Shown: in pieces, positions 10,220 to 20,098 of the stretch
Numbering within the stretch: position 1 is the stretch's first letter
Layout: every line of letters begins with the position of its first letter
Assembly: GCA_965204745.1 (NCBI GenBank)
Contig: OZ242010.1
Coordinates: forward strand, 5,024,001-5,088,000
DNA: 64,000 nucleotides
Reading direction: 5' to 3'
Source of the DNA: Candidatus Latescibacterota bacterium
Lineage (GTDB): Bacteria > Latescibacterota > UBA2968
Notes under the pieces: generated by a model
What the model was told of the DNA's origin: nothing
The model's input: only the letters and a program-made list of their open reading frames with translations
Database searches by the model: none
Translations under genes and position numbers: made by a program

Positions 10220-10924
10220 ATGATTGGATTTGATACGCTCAAGGCGGCGATGCGGTTGCAGGATGAAGCCGGCTTTGATGAACGACAAGCGCGGGCCTTG
10301 GTGACCACCTTTGCCGAAGGGATCGGCGAGGATATGGCGACTCGGGAAGGGTTGGAGAAAACCGAGGCAACTCTGCGGGCTGATATCGTGTCTTTGCAAA
10401 GCGACACGCAGAAGATGGAAATGACCCTGCACGGCGAGATCGTGTCTTTGCGGAGCGACATGGAGAAGACGGAAACGACGCTGCGTGGGGAGATTGAAGC
10501 CCTGCGGAGTGACATGGAGAAGATGGAAACGACACTGCGTGGGGAGATTGAGGCCCTGCGGAGTGACATGGAGAAGATGGAAACGACACTGCGCGGCGAC
10601 ATGGAGAAGATGGAAACGGCGTTGCGTACCGAGATCATGTCTTTGCGGAGCGACATGGAGAAGATGGAAATGACCCTGCGTGGAGAAATTGAAGCCCTGC
10701 GGAGCGACATGGAGAAAATGGAGACGAGGCTGCGCGGTGAGATTCAAGAGGTTCGCGGCGAGGCTGAGTCTTTGCGGCGTGACATGGATGAAATGGAGAC
10801 GAGACTGCGTGCCGAGTTGCGGGCATTTGAACTGCGGATGACGATCAAGTTGGGCGGCCTGCTCGTGCTAGCTGTCGGTTTGATGACGATGATCGACCGC
10901 CTGCTCGGTCCGGCGGCTCCTTAA
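10220..10924 (+). CDS. DUF1640/CCDC90-like coiled-coil protein with 18-aa repeats and C-terminal TM
   Basis: FDTLKAAMRLQDEAGFDERQARAL N-terminus; LRSDMEKMETTLRGEIEA repeats; LRMTIKLGGLLV C-terminus; AGGAG RBS. Confidence 0.8.
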   Translation: MIGFDTLKAAMRLQDEAGFDERQARALVTTFAEGIGEDMATREGLEKTEATLRADIVSLQSDTQKMEMTLHGEIVSLRSDMEKTETTLRGEIEALRSDMEKMETTLRGEIEALRSDMEKMETTLRGDMEKMETALRTEIMSLRSDMEKMEMTLRGEIEALRSDMEKMETRLRGEIQEVRGEAESLRRDMDEMETRLRAELRAFELRMTIKLGGLLVLAVGLMTMIDRLLGPAAP

Positions 10925-10950
10925 ATGCGGGATCTGATGGCGTTGCGCGA

Positions 10951-11298
10951 GGGGACCTATCCCCCCGGCCCCCGTTATTCGCTTCGCTCATTGTAGGCTA
11001 CGCCTGTGCCTGCGAGGAAAGGGGGAGCACATGGCTTTTTGAAGGTTGTATCCTTGGCTGTTCTGATGGCTTTGGGCGAATGGATCGCGCCATGAAAAAG
11101 CGACCTATCCCCCCGGCCCCCTTTCCTGCGAGGAAAGGGGGAGCACATGGCTTTTTGAAGGTTTGTTTCCTTGGCTGTTCTGATGGCTTTGAGCGAATGG
11201 ATCGCGCCATGAACCCCAAAAACCTCTCGCGTAAATCTCTCGCAAGACCCATCGCCATTCCCCCTTCCTCGTAGGAAGGGGGCCAGGGGGTAGGTCCC
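10951..11298. repeat. Palindromic MITE/REP-like family R1 (GACCTATCCCCCCGGCCCC...GGGGCCAGGGGGTAGGTC)
   Basis: Inverted termini around 11102 and 11297; other copies at 14681-15300, 32964-33149, 35373-35667, 54386-54597, 57162-57392. Confidence 0.85.
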
Positions 11299-11343
11299 AA
11301 AAAGTAAAGCCCGAGTTCACTGCGAACCCGGGCTTTTGTTTTG
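11299..11343. terminator. Intrinsic terminator (probably bidirectional); near-identical copy at 57393-57438
   Basis: AAAGCCCGAGTTC-ACTGC-GAACCCGGGCTTTTGTTTT hairpin with A/T tails, lying between convergent genes. Confidence 0.75.
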
Positions 11344-11365
11344 TGCGCGTAATCGTTCTGCGGCA

Positions 11366-14300
11366 TCAAATCTCCGTGTCGTAATACTGACTGAAGATCA
11401 AAAAATCGTCATAGCCAACCGCACCATCGCTATTGAGATCGTAGCGCGAGTTATATCTTTCTTCGCCGGGCCGCGTTCCATACCTGACGACAAAAAGCGC
11501 GAAATCCGCGAAATTGACCCGACCATTGCCATCGAAGTCGGGCGTGAGCCCTTCAAGGGTGAAGACCAGCGAAGCCACATCGCCATCCGCGTCCAACGCG
11601 CTCAGCGTGTATTCGGTCTCGAGTATCGCCTGAAGCAACGTGCCGGATATCACCCGCGTCTCGTGGTCAAATTCCAACTCATCGGGCAGGAATGGCAAGA
11701 GGATATAGGCCAGCACCCCATCGCCACCCGTCGCTTCGGGGAAAGTTATCTCGACCTCCGTTTTCACCAGATAGCGGTGGGCGACGACCGTATCGGCAAA
11801 TGAGGGCATGAGATCTTCCGCCACGGCGAGGGCGAATCGCAGAGTAGCCTCGTCGCCATCGCCATCTCTTGCGGTCAGCGTATAGGTCGTTTCGCCTAGC
11901 GCCTCGGTCGGCAGACCCGCCAGCACCCGCGTCTCGGTGTTGAAGGTCAAGCCCTCGGGCAGATCGGGGGACAGCGCGTAGGTCAGCGCGCCATCGCCAC
12001 CGGTCGCTCGCGGCAGGGTTATCGCTTCGATCTCTCGGTTTTGTACATAGCTTTGCGCGGCGACCGTCGCATCGCCGAAAGACGGCATCCTATCTGCCAC
12101 GACGCCCGACGATGTATCTACCATGACGACGATGTAGAATAACGCACGCGCCACATCTTCGTCTTCGTCTGTTGCGGTCAGGGCGTACGTGGCTTTGGCC
12201 TGTGTCTCGGTCGGCGTGCCGGACAAGACGCCGCCATGCGCGTCCTCTTCGCCCGGCGGGGTATAGGTCAGGCCCGGAGGAAGTGAAGACAAAGTGTAGG
12301 TCAATGCTCCGTCGCCACCCTGGGCCACGGGGAATATCAGCGGCGCAATAGGTGTGCCTTGTTGATAGCGTTGAAAATCCACCACATCTGTAAATTCGGG
12401 CACTCGATTTGCAACCGGATTTTCATCGTCTCGGATGGTCAGGGTCACATCTGAGGGGGAGGTGACGCCGGCGCTGTTCTGCGCGTTGCCCGACACAGTG
12501 ACCGTCTTATCGCCTGCACTGACCGAGTTGTCCACCGCTGTAATCGTTACGGTGCCCGTGCTCGTCGTTGCGCCAGCCGCGATAGTCAGCACGGGGTTGT
12601 TGCTCAACGTGAAATCGCCCGCCACAGTGTTTGCGCCCGGAGCAACCGAGACGGTGATCGTCGTTGCCGCGGTCGATGCCCGGGTCAAGGTCGCTGTCAC
12701 AGTCGTCTGATTGGTTGCACCGCTTTCGTCTATCTCGGATGGCGACAGCACTAGCGCTACGCCGGGGAAGGATTCATCGTCTCGGATGGTCAGGGTCACA
12801 TCCGAGGGGGAGGCGACGCTGGCACTGTTCTGCGCGTTGCCCGACACAGTGACCGCCTTATCGGCCGAACGGACCGAGTTGTCCACCGCTGTAATCGTTA
12901 CGGTGCCCGTGCTCGTCGTTGCACCGGCCGCGATAGTCAGCACGGTGTTGCTGCTCAACGTGAAATCGCCCGCCACAGCGTTTGCGCCCGGAGCGGCAGA
13001 GACGGTGATCGTCGTTGCCGTGCTCGATGCCCGGTTCTGGGTCGCTGTCACAGTTGATTGATTGGTTGCACCGCTTTCGTCTATCTCGGATGGCGACAGC
13101 ACTAGCGCTACGCCGAGTTCATCCTCTCGGATCATCATGGACACAGCTAAAGGGGGCGTTACGAAGGAGCGGGTACGCCCGCCGCCGGACCAGGTCGCTA
13201 TGGAGTCCGCCGAAATAGTGACCGTCTTATCGCCCGAAAAGACCGAGTTGTCCACCGCTCTAATCGTTACGGTGCCCGTGCTCGTCGTTGCAGTGGCCGC
13301 GATAATCAGCCTGGGGTTGTTGCTCAACGTGAAATCGGCCGCCACAGCGTTTGCGCCCGGAGCAGCCGCGACGGTGATCGTCGTTGGCAAAGTGCCCTGT
13401 GCTCGGTCCAACGTTGCCGTGATGGTCGCGGTTGCACCGTTTTCGTCAATCGCGGAGGACGACAGCACCAGCGTTGCTTCGGGCCAGATTCTTACCTCTC
13501 CCCCTCTGGCCCGAAGGGCGGGAACGTGCGTGTTCCGCGACGTGGCACTCAGCGGATTTGCGTGTGTGCGAATAACGTCTCCCGTCCCACCCACTCCCGG
13601 ATTTGAAACCAAGGGCGAGAGATCCGAGATGAAGTTCGTGCTAATGTACACAAATTGTAGATCGGTTAAGTTCGAGAGAGCCGAGATATCCCTGATGAAG
13701 TTGAGTCGAATATCAATACTTATCAAGTCGGTAAAGTTCGATACAGGCGAGAGATCCGAAAGATTGCAATAGAACGCTGTCAGATGTGTCAAGTTGGTTA
13801 AGGTCGATATAGGCGAGAGATCCGAGAGATTCGCGTTTCCTGTAAGCTCCAGTCTTCTTAGATTGGTTAAGGTCGATAGGGAGTCGAGATTTGTGATGCC
13901 GATGTTATTGCTAAGCGTGAGATAATTGTTCAGGCTGGTTAAGCTCTGTAGAGGCGCGATCCTCGCGTTCGTGAGCCCGTTGTTGCCAAGCCCCAGATAT
14001 TCCAGACGGGTTAAGCTCCGTAGAGGCGAGAGATCCGAGACCCTGTTGTTGTCAAGAAGCAGACCTCTCAGCTCGGTTAAGTTCGATAGGGAGTCAATAT
14101 TTGCGATGCGGTTCCTGCCTGCTTCCAGGGTTCTCAGGTTAGTTAGGGTATATAGGGAGTCGATATTTGTGATGTTGGTGTTGTAGTATAAGTTCAGGGA
14201 TCTCAGGCTGGTTAATTTCGACAGGACGCCGATATTTGTGATGTTGTTTTGGCTTAAGTCCAGGATTTGCAGGTTAGTTGAGGCGTATAGGGAGTCGATA

Positions 14301-14584
14301 TTTGTGATGCTGTTGTCGCGTAAATGCAGTCTTAGCAGTCCGGTTGCATGTTGCAAGCCGGTTAGATTACTGATATTCGAGCTATTCCCATTAATGTCGA
14401 CTATATTCGCCATCGAACTAACGGTAATCGTCGCAGTGCTAGTCCTTGCCCTGCCCAGTCCCTCCTGAACTGCCGCTCGCAGGTTGGTGTCGGGAATATT
14501 CGCGTTCTGCGCGTTGACCGGCCCCGGCCATGCACCGAACAAAAGCACCAACGCGATAAATATCGTACAAATTCGGATCACCAT
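11366..14584 (-). CDS. Secreted internalin-like LRR protein with Calx-beta-like repeats, putative Ig domains and a C-terminal dockerin/EF-hand
   Basis: Signal peptide; IPDTNLRAAV LRR cap; LxxLxLxxNxI repeats; three ~117-aa VTLTIRDDE modules; GGDGALTY Ig repeats; DFDGNGRVNFADF/DLNSDGAVGYDDF. Confidence 0.85.
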   Translation of the reverse strand: MVIRICTIFIALVLLFGAWPGPVNAQNANIPDTNLRAAVQEGLGRARTSTATITVSSMANIVDINGNSSNISNLTGLQHATGLLRLHLRDNSITNIDSLYASTNLQILDLSQNNITNIGVLSKLTSLRSLNLYYNTNITNIDSLYTLTNLRTLEAGRNRIANIDSLSNLTELRGLLLDNNRVSDLSPLRSLTRLEYLGLGNNGLTNARIAPLQSLTSLNNYLTLSNNIGITNLDSLSTLTNLRRLELTGNANLSDLSPISTLTNLTHLTAFYCNLSDLSPVSNFTDLISIDIRLNFIRDISALSNLTDLQFVYISTNFISDLSPLVSNPGVGGTGDVIRTHANPLSATSRNTHVPALRARGGEVRIWPEATLVLSSSAIDENGATATITATLDRAQGTLPTTITVAAAPGANAVAADFTLSNNPRLIIAATATTSTGTVTIRAVDNSVFSGDKTVTISADSIATWSGGGRTRSFVTPPLAVSMMIREDELGVALVLSPSEIDESGATNQSTVTATQNRASSTATTITVSAAPGANAVAGDFTLSSNTVLTIAAGATTSTGTVTITAVDNSVRSADKAVTVSGNAQNSASVASPSDVTLTIRDDESFPGVALVLSPSEIDESGATNQTTVTATLTRASTAATTITVSVAPGANTVAGDFTLSNNPVLTIAAGATTSTGTVTITAVDNSVSAGDKTVTVSGNAQNSAGVTSPSDVTLTIRDDENPVANRVPEFTDVVDFQRYQQGTPIAPLIFPVAQGGDGALTYTLSSLPPGLTYTPPGEEDAHGGVLSGTPTETQAKATYALTATDEDEDVARALFYIVVMVDTSSGVVADRMPSFGDATVAAQSYVQNREIEAITLPRATGGDGALTYALSPDLPEGLTFNTETRVLAGLPTEALGETTYTLTARDGDGDEATLRFALAVAEDLMPSFADTVVAHRYLVKTEVEITFPEATGGDGVLAYILLPFLPDELEFDHETRVISGTLLQAILETEYTLSALDADGDVASLVFTLEGLTPDFDGNGRVNFADFALFVVRYGTRPGEERYNSRYDLNSDGAVGYDDFLIFSQYYDTEI

Positions 14585-14680
14585 CGTACTTTACCTCCCT
14601 CAAGAATGACATGACCAATTCAGTTTCAACTTTCCCTTTGTGAAACTTAGATGATTATAGGTATTTAGGCAAGGACAAAA

Positions 14681-15300
14681 AGGGACTTATCCCCCCGGCC
14701 CCCGTTATTCGCTTCGCTCATTGTAGGCTACGCCTGTGCCTGCGAGGAAAGGGGAGAAAAGCGACCTATCCCCCCGGCCCCCGTTATTCGCTTCGCTCAT
14801 TGTAGGCTACGCCTGTGCCTACGAGGAAAGGGGAGAAAAGTTCCTTTGATGGCTTAGGTTGCTCTGATGGCGTTGCACGCGGGGACCTATCCCCCCGGCC
14901 CCCTTTCCTACAAGGAAAGGGGGAGCATGGGTTTCTTGATAGATGAATGCAAGGGCTATTTTGATGGCTTTTGGGACCTATCCCCCGGCCCCGTTATTCG
15001 CTTCGCTCATTGTAGGCTACGCCTGTGCCTACGAGGAAAGGGGAGAAAAGTTCCTTTGATGGCTTATATCAAGGGTTGCTCTGATGGCGTTGCACGCGGG
15101 GACCTATCCCCCCGGCCCCCTTTCCTACAAGGAAAGGGGGAGCATGGATTTCTTGATAGATGAATGCAAGGGCTATTTTGATGGCTTTTGGGACCTATCC
15201 CCCGGCCCCTTTCCTACGAGGAAAGGGGAGAAAAGTTCCTTTGATGGCTTATATCAAGGGTTGCTCTGATGGCATTGACCGAGGGCATAAAGCGATTAAA
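14681..15300. repeat. Cluster of R1 half-elements including a ~210-bp tandem duplication
   Basis: About seven GAC(C/T)TATCCCCC...AGGAAAGGGG units. Confidence 0.85.
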
Positions 15301-15319
15301 AAACCCTCACCTCATCCCC

Positions 15320-15383
15320 TCTCCCCTTTTGCCTTTTGCCTCTTGCCTCTTACCTCTTGCCTCTTGCCTCTTGCCTCTTCCCG
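15320..15383 (-). repeat. (AAGAGGC/AAGAGGT)n heptamer tract immediately after the symporter stop codon
   Basis: gcctcttgcctcttacctcttgcctcttgcctcttgcc. Confidence 0.85.
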
Positions 15384-16925
15384 CTATTCCAACACAACTT
15401 TAATCCCCGCTTCGCGCAATTTGTGTTCCTGCCCGACGGGCGTGTGGAGCAAGGTGTAAAAGCGGTCGAGGCGTTGGGGGTCTTGCGGTTTGGTGAGTAT
15501 GCTCGCGATGATGAGCGCGGCAAAACCACCGGTGATGTAGAGCACATAGCGAGCGGGCAATTCCCAGCCGAGGCCGGCAATGGCGATGCCCAGGCTTTCC
15601 CAATGGAGAATTTCTTTCCCGGAAATGGCAAATAACAAAGCCGAGACGAGCAACCCGGCCCAGGCACCCGGCGCATTGCACCTTCGCCAGAGGATGCCCC
15701 CCCAAAACGCAATGCCGAAAAACGCCACCAGAGACCACGACAGGCGGATGATCGCGACGACAGACGTGAAATAGAGCGCGATCACGATGCCAAAGACCAC
15801 CAGCACCAGAGCCACGACGCGGCCCGTGGCGAGGTAGTGTTTGTCGTCGGCTTTGGGTTTGAAGAGGGGTTTGTAAAAATTTTCGACAAAAAGGGCCGCG
15901 CCATCCACCATAAACGAATCGCAGGTGGACATGACCGCCGCGATCATGGAGGCGAGCATCACGCCGATGAGCCCGATGGGCAAGAGGTCGCGCGACGCCA
16001 TGCCAAAGGCGTGTTCCGGGTCGTCGATATCCGGATAGAGGGCGATGCAGGCCACGCCGGTAAATGCCCAGGCCACGGTGCAGAGGCGTTTGATCATGTT
16101 GCCGTACGTGAACCCCACGCGGGCTTCGCGCTCGGTTTTGCCCGCGCCGCCAATTTCCATGTGATGCGGCTGGGCGATGATGCCCACGAGGGCGTTGATC
16201 ACGACCATCACGATGAAGAACGGCGTGATGCGGTCGTACCCAGGCGGGGGATCCCCAGGTGCTTCAAGGCTGAATTTTTCAATGGGCACTCGTTGGTGCA
16301 AGCCCGTGAACCCGCCGACGCCGTCGATGACATACGGGACGAGCAGAAAAGAGAGCACGATGATGAAGATGCCCTGAATAAAATCGGTGATGATGGCCGC
16401 GGGCAGGCCGCCCAAAAGGCCGTAGGAGAGAAAGAGGACGGTCATGACGCCGATAGCGAGTTCGGGCGAAATCGCGCCGCCGGTCATCGCGCTCGCGGTT
16501 TTGCCCGTGCCCAAGAGCATGATGCCGATTTGGATGGCAAAATAGAGCAAGCCGTACAGCGCGTAGAAATAGCCGAGGGATTTGCTGAACCGGTCCTCAA
16601 AAAAGTCGGCAATGGTGAGGTAGCGCAACCGGCGCCAGATCGGCGCGATGAGCCAGTAAAACGGCGTGGCGAACAAATAGAGCCACTGGTACCATATCCC
16701 GGCCATGCCCAGTTTGTAGGACGCGCCCGCAACCGTGACCGCCTGATCCGTGTGCGTGCCCGTGCCAAAGGCGTGCATGATCATAAATGCCTTGCCAAAG
16801 CTGCGCCCGCCCATAAAGTAGTCGCCCGTGTTCTTGATCTTGCGCGCGACCCAAAACCCAGCGACCATAATGCCGAGCAAATAAATCGCGAGTGATGCCA
16901 AATCCAGCGCGTGTAACCCAACCAT
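15384..16925 (-). CDS. Sodium:solute symporter family protein
   Basis: DYFMGGRS, GGLPAAIITDFIQG, AAVMSTCDS; about 13 TMs. Confidence 0.92.
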   Translation of the reverse strand: MVGLHALDLASLAIYLLGIMVAGFWVARKIKNTGDYFMGGRSFGKAFMIMHAFGTGTHTDQAVTVAGASYKLGMAGIWYQWLYLFATPFYWLIAPIWRRLRYLTIADFFEDRFSKSLGYFYALYGLLYFAIQIGIMLLGTGKTASAMTGGAISPELAIGVMTVLFLSYGLLGGLPAAIITDFIQGIFIIVLSFLLVPYVIDGVGGFTGLHQRVPIEKFSLEAPGDPPPGYDRITPFFIVMVVINALVGIIAQPHHMEIGGAGKTEREARVGFTYGNMIKRLCTVAWAFTGVACIALYPDIDDPEHAFGMASRDLLPIGLIGVMLASMIAAVMSTCDSFMVDGAALFVENFYKPLFKPKADDKHYLATGRVVALVLVVFGIVIALYFTSVVAIIRLSWSLVAFFGIAFWGGILWRRCNAPGAWAGLLVSALLFAISGKEILHWESLGIAIAGLGWELPARYVLYITGGFAALIIASILTKPQDPQRLDRFYTLLHTPVGQEHKLREAGIKVVLE

Positions 16926-16998
16926 AAAAACCCGCTTTGCAAAAAATAACCCGTTTCGTCTCCGTGTGAAACGCTCGGATTATGGAAGTAATCTTCTC

Positions 16999-17235
16999 TT
17001 AGAATCCATTAAAACTATCCGTCGTCCCAGTACCCGAGGCACCAAAAAGTTCAGCTATATCTCGGCGCAACCCCTGCCCAATATAGAACTTGAGCAATGC
17101 TTGTGCCGACATGTCTCGGTTTGCCGCGACATGCTTGAGATCGTCAAGCGCGTCCTTTGGAATTTTTATGGACACCTTTTCCGTCTCGCGCGGATGGAAT
17201 TTGAGGGCGCATTTTTCTTTTTTATTCTTTTTCAT
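16999..17235 (-). CDS. BrnA/CopG-like RHH antitoxin
   Basis: VSIKIPKDALDDLK...MSAQALLKFYIGQGLR; overlaps the brnT-like gene. Confidence 0.75.
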   Translation of the reverse strand: MKKNKKEKCALKFHPRETEKVSIKIPKDALDDLKHVAANRDMSAQALLKFYIGQGLRRDIAELFGASGTGTTDSFNGF

Positions 17236-17515
17236 ACAACTTCCTTTCACGGCGCGTCGCACGACGCGCAGATATAATGCGTGTCCATTCGTCTCGTTCT
17301 ACATAAACGACCATCAAAATGCGTTGTGAAAGCGAATAACCAAGAATGAAATCCCTTTGTTCATCATCAGTGGAAGCATTGCCTGTTTGATGGAAAGGAT
17401 CGAAGAAGACTTCGGCTGCTTCTTCAAAAGCGATGCCATGCTTCTGCCGGTTGCTTTGGGCTTTGTCCGAATCCCATTGAAATGAGATGCCTTGTAGTTT
17501 GTATAAGATGTCCAT
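17222..17515 (-). CDS. BrnT family toxin (DUF497)
   Basis: FQWDSDKAQSNRQKHGIAFEEA...RIISARRATRRERKLY. Confidence 0.9.
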   Translation of the reverse strand: MDILYKLQGISFQWDSDKAQSNRQKHGIAFEEAAEVFFDPFHQTGNASTDDEQRDFILGYSLSQRILMVVYVERDEWTRIISARRATRRERKLYEKE

Positions 17516-17634
17516 TAGTTTCGGTCAGAGAGGTTGATCAGATACTCAACGAGAAGGTCAACAGCGTTTTTTGGGGTTCTCTAAAGCTCCTTTCTCGATA
17601 TATACTCGTATCTGTCCCTTGGTATGACTTCCCC

Positions 17635-18855
17635 TCACGGCGCGGCCACGTCGCGTTTCCACGCCTTGAGGGCGCGGCACATGGCCCGCGTGCGGTCCGG
17701 GTGTTGCGATGCGATGTCCTCGCTTTCCGAGAGGTCTTGCGAGAGATCGAACAGGCGCGGCGCGTCCTTGTCGATCACCAGTTTGTACGCGTCGTCTCGC
17801 ATGGCCAGGCCATTCCAGAACAAGTGCCGGGAACGCGGCTCATCCCCGCCCATGAGCAGCGCGTTGAGGTCGATGCCGTCAAAGTGACCCTCGGGCGCGG
17901 AAACGCCGGCCAGGTCGCACATGGTGGGGAAGAGGTCCAAACTGATGGCGAGTTGGTCCGTCACGCGATTGGCCGCGATAGTGCCGGGCCACCAAGCAAG
18001 GGCCGGCACGCGATGCCCGCCTTCCCAAACCGTGCCCTTGTGCCCGCGCAAAGGCGCGTTGGACATGGGGTTTTGGCGCGTGCCCCCATTGTCAGAAAAA
18101 AAGAAGACCAACGTGTTTTCCGCAATGCCCGCGTCTCGAACCGCGCCCATGATTTCGCCCAAGCTGTCGTCCATCGCCTTCATCATTTCGCAATACGTGC
18201 CCGCGGGATCGTCCGGATGGAAGTCTTCCTTTTTCGGCCCGCGAATCGCGGGGTCATCCGGCCCTTGCAACGGGGTGTGTACGGCTTCGTGGGCCACGTA
18301 CAGGCAAAAGGGCACATCCTTGTGGTCCTCGATGAATTGCACCGAATGTTGCGTGATGAGATGCGTGGTATAGCCCTCTTCCTCGACGTGTTCGAGGCCC
18401 TCCCACCAGTCATAGACTTCCATGCGGTCGTAGTGCGAGATGTAGTCGATATTGCCGCTGACGTACCCGCGAAACCGATCAAACCCGTGGTGCATGGGAT
18501 TGAATTTTTTGTCGTAACCCAAGTGCCACTTGCCAAAGATCGCGGACGTATAACCGGCTTCCCCGAGCAGTTTGGGAAAGGTGAGTTCGGTGGGATGCAA
18601 CCCCAAGTAATGATCCGCGTGCTTCGGATCGGCGTTGATCACATTGGGCACGCCTGCGCGCTGTTGATAGCGGCCAGTGAGCAACCCGGCGCGCGTGGGA
18701 CTACACACCACACCGCTGGCGTGAAAATCCGTAAATTTGAGGCCCTCGCGCGCCATGCGTTCCATTGCGGGCGTGTGGATCCAGCCGCCGTACGCGCTGG
18801 AATCGCCATAGCCCATGTCGTCTGCCAAGACGATGATGATGTTGGGTTTGTCCAT
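17635..18855 (-). CDS. Cys-type (formylglycine) sulfatase
   Basis: PNIIIVLADDMG, CSPTRAGLLTG, GKWHLG, SDNG, WEGGHRVP. Confidence 0.95.
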   Translation of the reverse strand: MDKPNIIIVLADDMGYGDSSAYGGWIHTPAMERMAREGLKFTDFHASGVVCSPTRAGLLTGRYQQRAGVPNVINADPKHADHYLGLHPTELTFPKLLGEAGYTSAIFGKWHLGYDKKFNPMHHGFDRFRGYVSGNIDYISHYDRMEVYDWWEGLEHVEEEGYTTHLITQHSVQFIEDHKDVPFCLYVAHEAVHTPLQGPDDPAIRGPKKEDFHPDDPAGTYCEMMKAMDDSLGEIMGAVRDAGIAENTLVFFFSDNGGTRQNPMSNAPLRGHKGTVWEGGHRVPALAWWPGTIAANRVTDQLAISLDLFPTMCDLAGVSAPEGHFDGIDLNALLMGGDEPRSRHLFWNGLAMRDDAYKLVIDKDAPRLFDLSQDLSESEDIASQHPDRTRAMCRALKAWKRDVAAP

Positions 18856-18866
18856 TGCCCCATCCT

Positions 18867-19667
18867 TTAATTGGCGTCACTCGTTCTAAAGCCCGACACG
18901 ATGGTGCTGTTGTTGCGCTCCAAAATATTGGCGGGATCGATGCGATAGGGGTCGTCTGTTGCGCGGCCTACGGGTCGCATCTTTGTGCTGTGGTAGCCAA
19001 AGCGCACGGATTTTCGCCACTGGTCGGTGCGGTTGCAATCGGACCAGTGAATGGCCTGATAGCTAAAGAAGATGACGTCTCCTGCTTTTGCCGGCACCAA
19101 GACGGAATCGATGTGATCCGGATGGTAGTCCGCAGGCGGCAGATGCGGAGACGTGTCCGGGCCTAAGACGTGGACGAGCGGGCCGGTTTTGTGGCTGCCG
19201 GGCACCACGCGCAAGCACCCGCTCTCGACTGGCGTGTCGTCGAGATGGAGCAGGCAATCGACGAAATCCGGGCCGTCGTGCGGGTAAAACGGATAGTCCT
19301 GATGCATGGGAAACGGCGTGCCGAGTTCGGGCGGTTTGGCGTGGAGCACAGTGTGATGCCACTGCACCGTGTCGCGGATGAGGTCTTCAACGCACCCCAC
19401 CAACCGGTCGTGAAAGATGACGCGCCCCCAGGTCGCGGAATAAAACTGCGGATTGTGCATGAAAACCGCTTTGGTGTTGAGGCGTTCGTCTTCGGGCAAG
19501 TACCGATCCCGCCAGGGGCCTCGCCAGCCAATGGTCTCATTGCCCCAGTTTTCGATGATGCGAACCATTTCCGAGCCGAGCTCGGCGGTTTCATCCGGGG
19601 TAAAGAGGGCCTCGCATTTGAGGTACCCGTTTTCATGGTAAAAGTCGATTTGTTCTCGCGTCAGCAT
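18867..19667 (-). CDS. Phytanoyl-CoA dioxygenase (PhyH) family 2OG-Fe(II) oxygenase
   Basis: LTREQIDFYHENGY, HQD, GCLRVVPGSH, GDVIFF...H...N...R. Confidence 0.9.
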   Translation of the reverse strand: MLTREQIDFYHENGYLKCEALFTPDETAELGSEMVRIIENWGNETIGWRGPWRDRYLPEDERLNTKAVFMHNPQFYSATWGRVIFHDRLVGCVEDLIRDTVQWHHTVLHAKPPELGTPFPMHQDYPFYPHDGPDFVDCLLHLDDTPVESGCLRVVPGSHKTGPLVHVLGPDTSPHLPPADYHPDHIDSVLVPAKAGDVIFFSYQAIHWSDCNRTDQWRKSVRFGYHSTKMRPVGRATDDPYRIDPANILERNNSTIVSGFRTSDAN

Positions 19668-19684
19668 GATGATATCCTCCGAGA

Positions 19685-20090
19685 GTGCTATCCCGTCCCT
19701 GCCCTTCAACCGCCCAAGTGCGATCCCCGCCGCGCCCCACCGCTCCGTGTGCGTGCCCGTCCCTGCCCTTCAACCGCCCGTGCGTTCCCCGCCACTGCCC
19801 CACCGCCCCAAGTGCGATCCCATCTCTACCCTTCCCAACCGCGTGCGTTCCCCCATTCCTCCGCTCCGCCGTGTGCGTTTCCATTTCTGTCCTTATCCAA
19901 GCGCGCTATACGCTACATACTTCCCTCTCCTCTCTTGTATCTTCGGGCGAGCACGGGGGCATCGCCCCTACACACTGCTCACCTTTTGTGTTTTGAACTG
20001 GCTGTCGCCAGTTGTACCCCGCTCGTGCTTTTTGTGGCTGAACTTGCCTCTCACCTCTTGCCTCTCACCTCTCGCCTCTCACCTCCTTCC
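19685..20090. repeat. Composite intergenic repeats (GTGCGT(G/T)CCC units, GTAG-type REP-like CACGGGGGCATCGCCCCTAC, heptamers)
   Basis: Related units at 5095-5165, 41384-41403, 43808-43835, 51692-51711. Confidence 0.7.
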
Positions 20091-20098
20091 TAATGCCC

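Noticed and set aside
14681-15300. Possible CRISPR array of palindromic repeats
   Set aside because: Intervening sequences are themselves duplicated and spacing is irregular; this is an R1 cluster.
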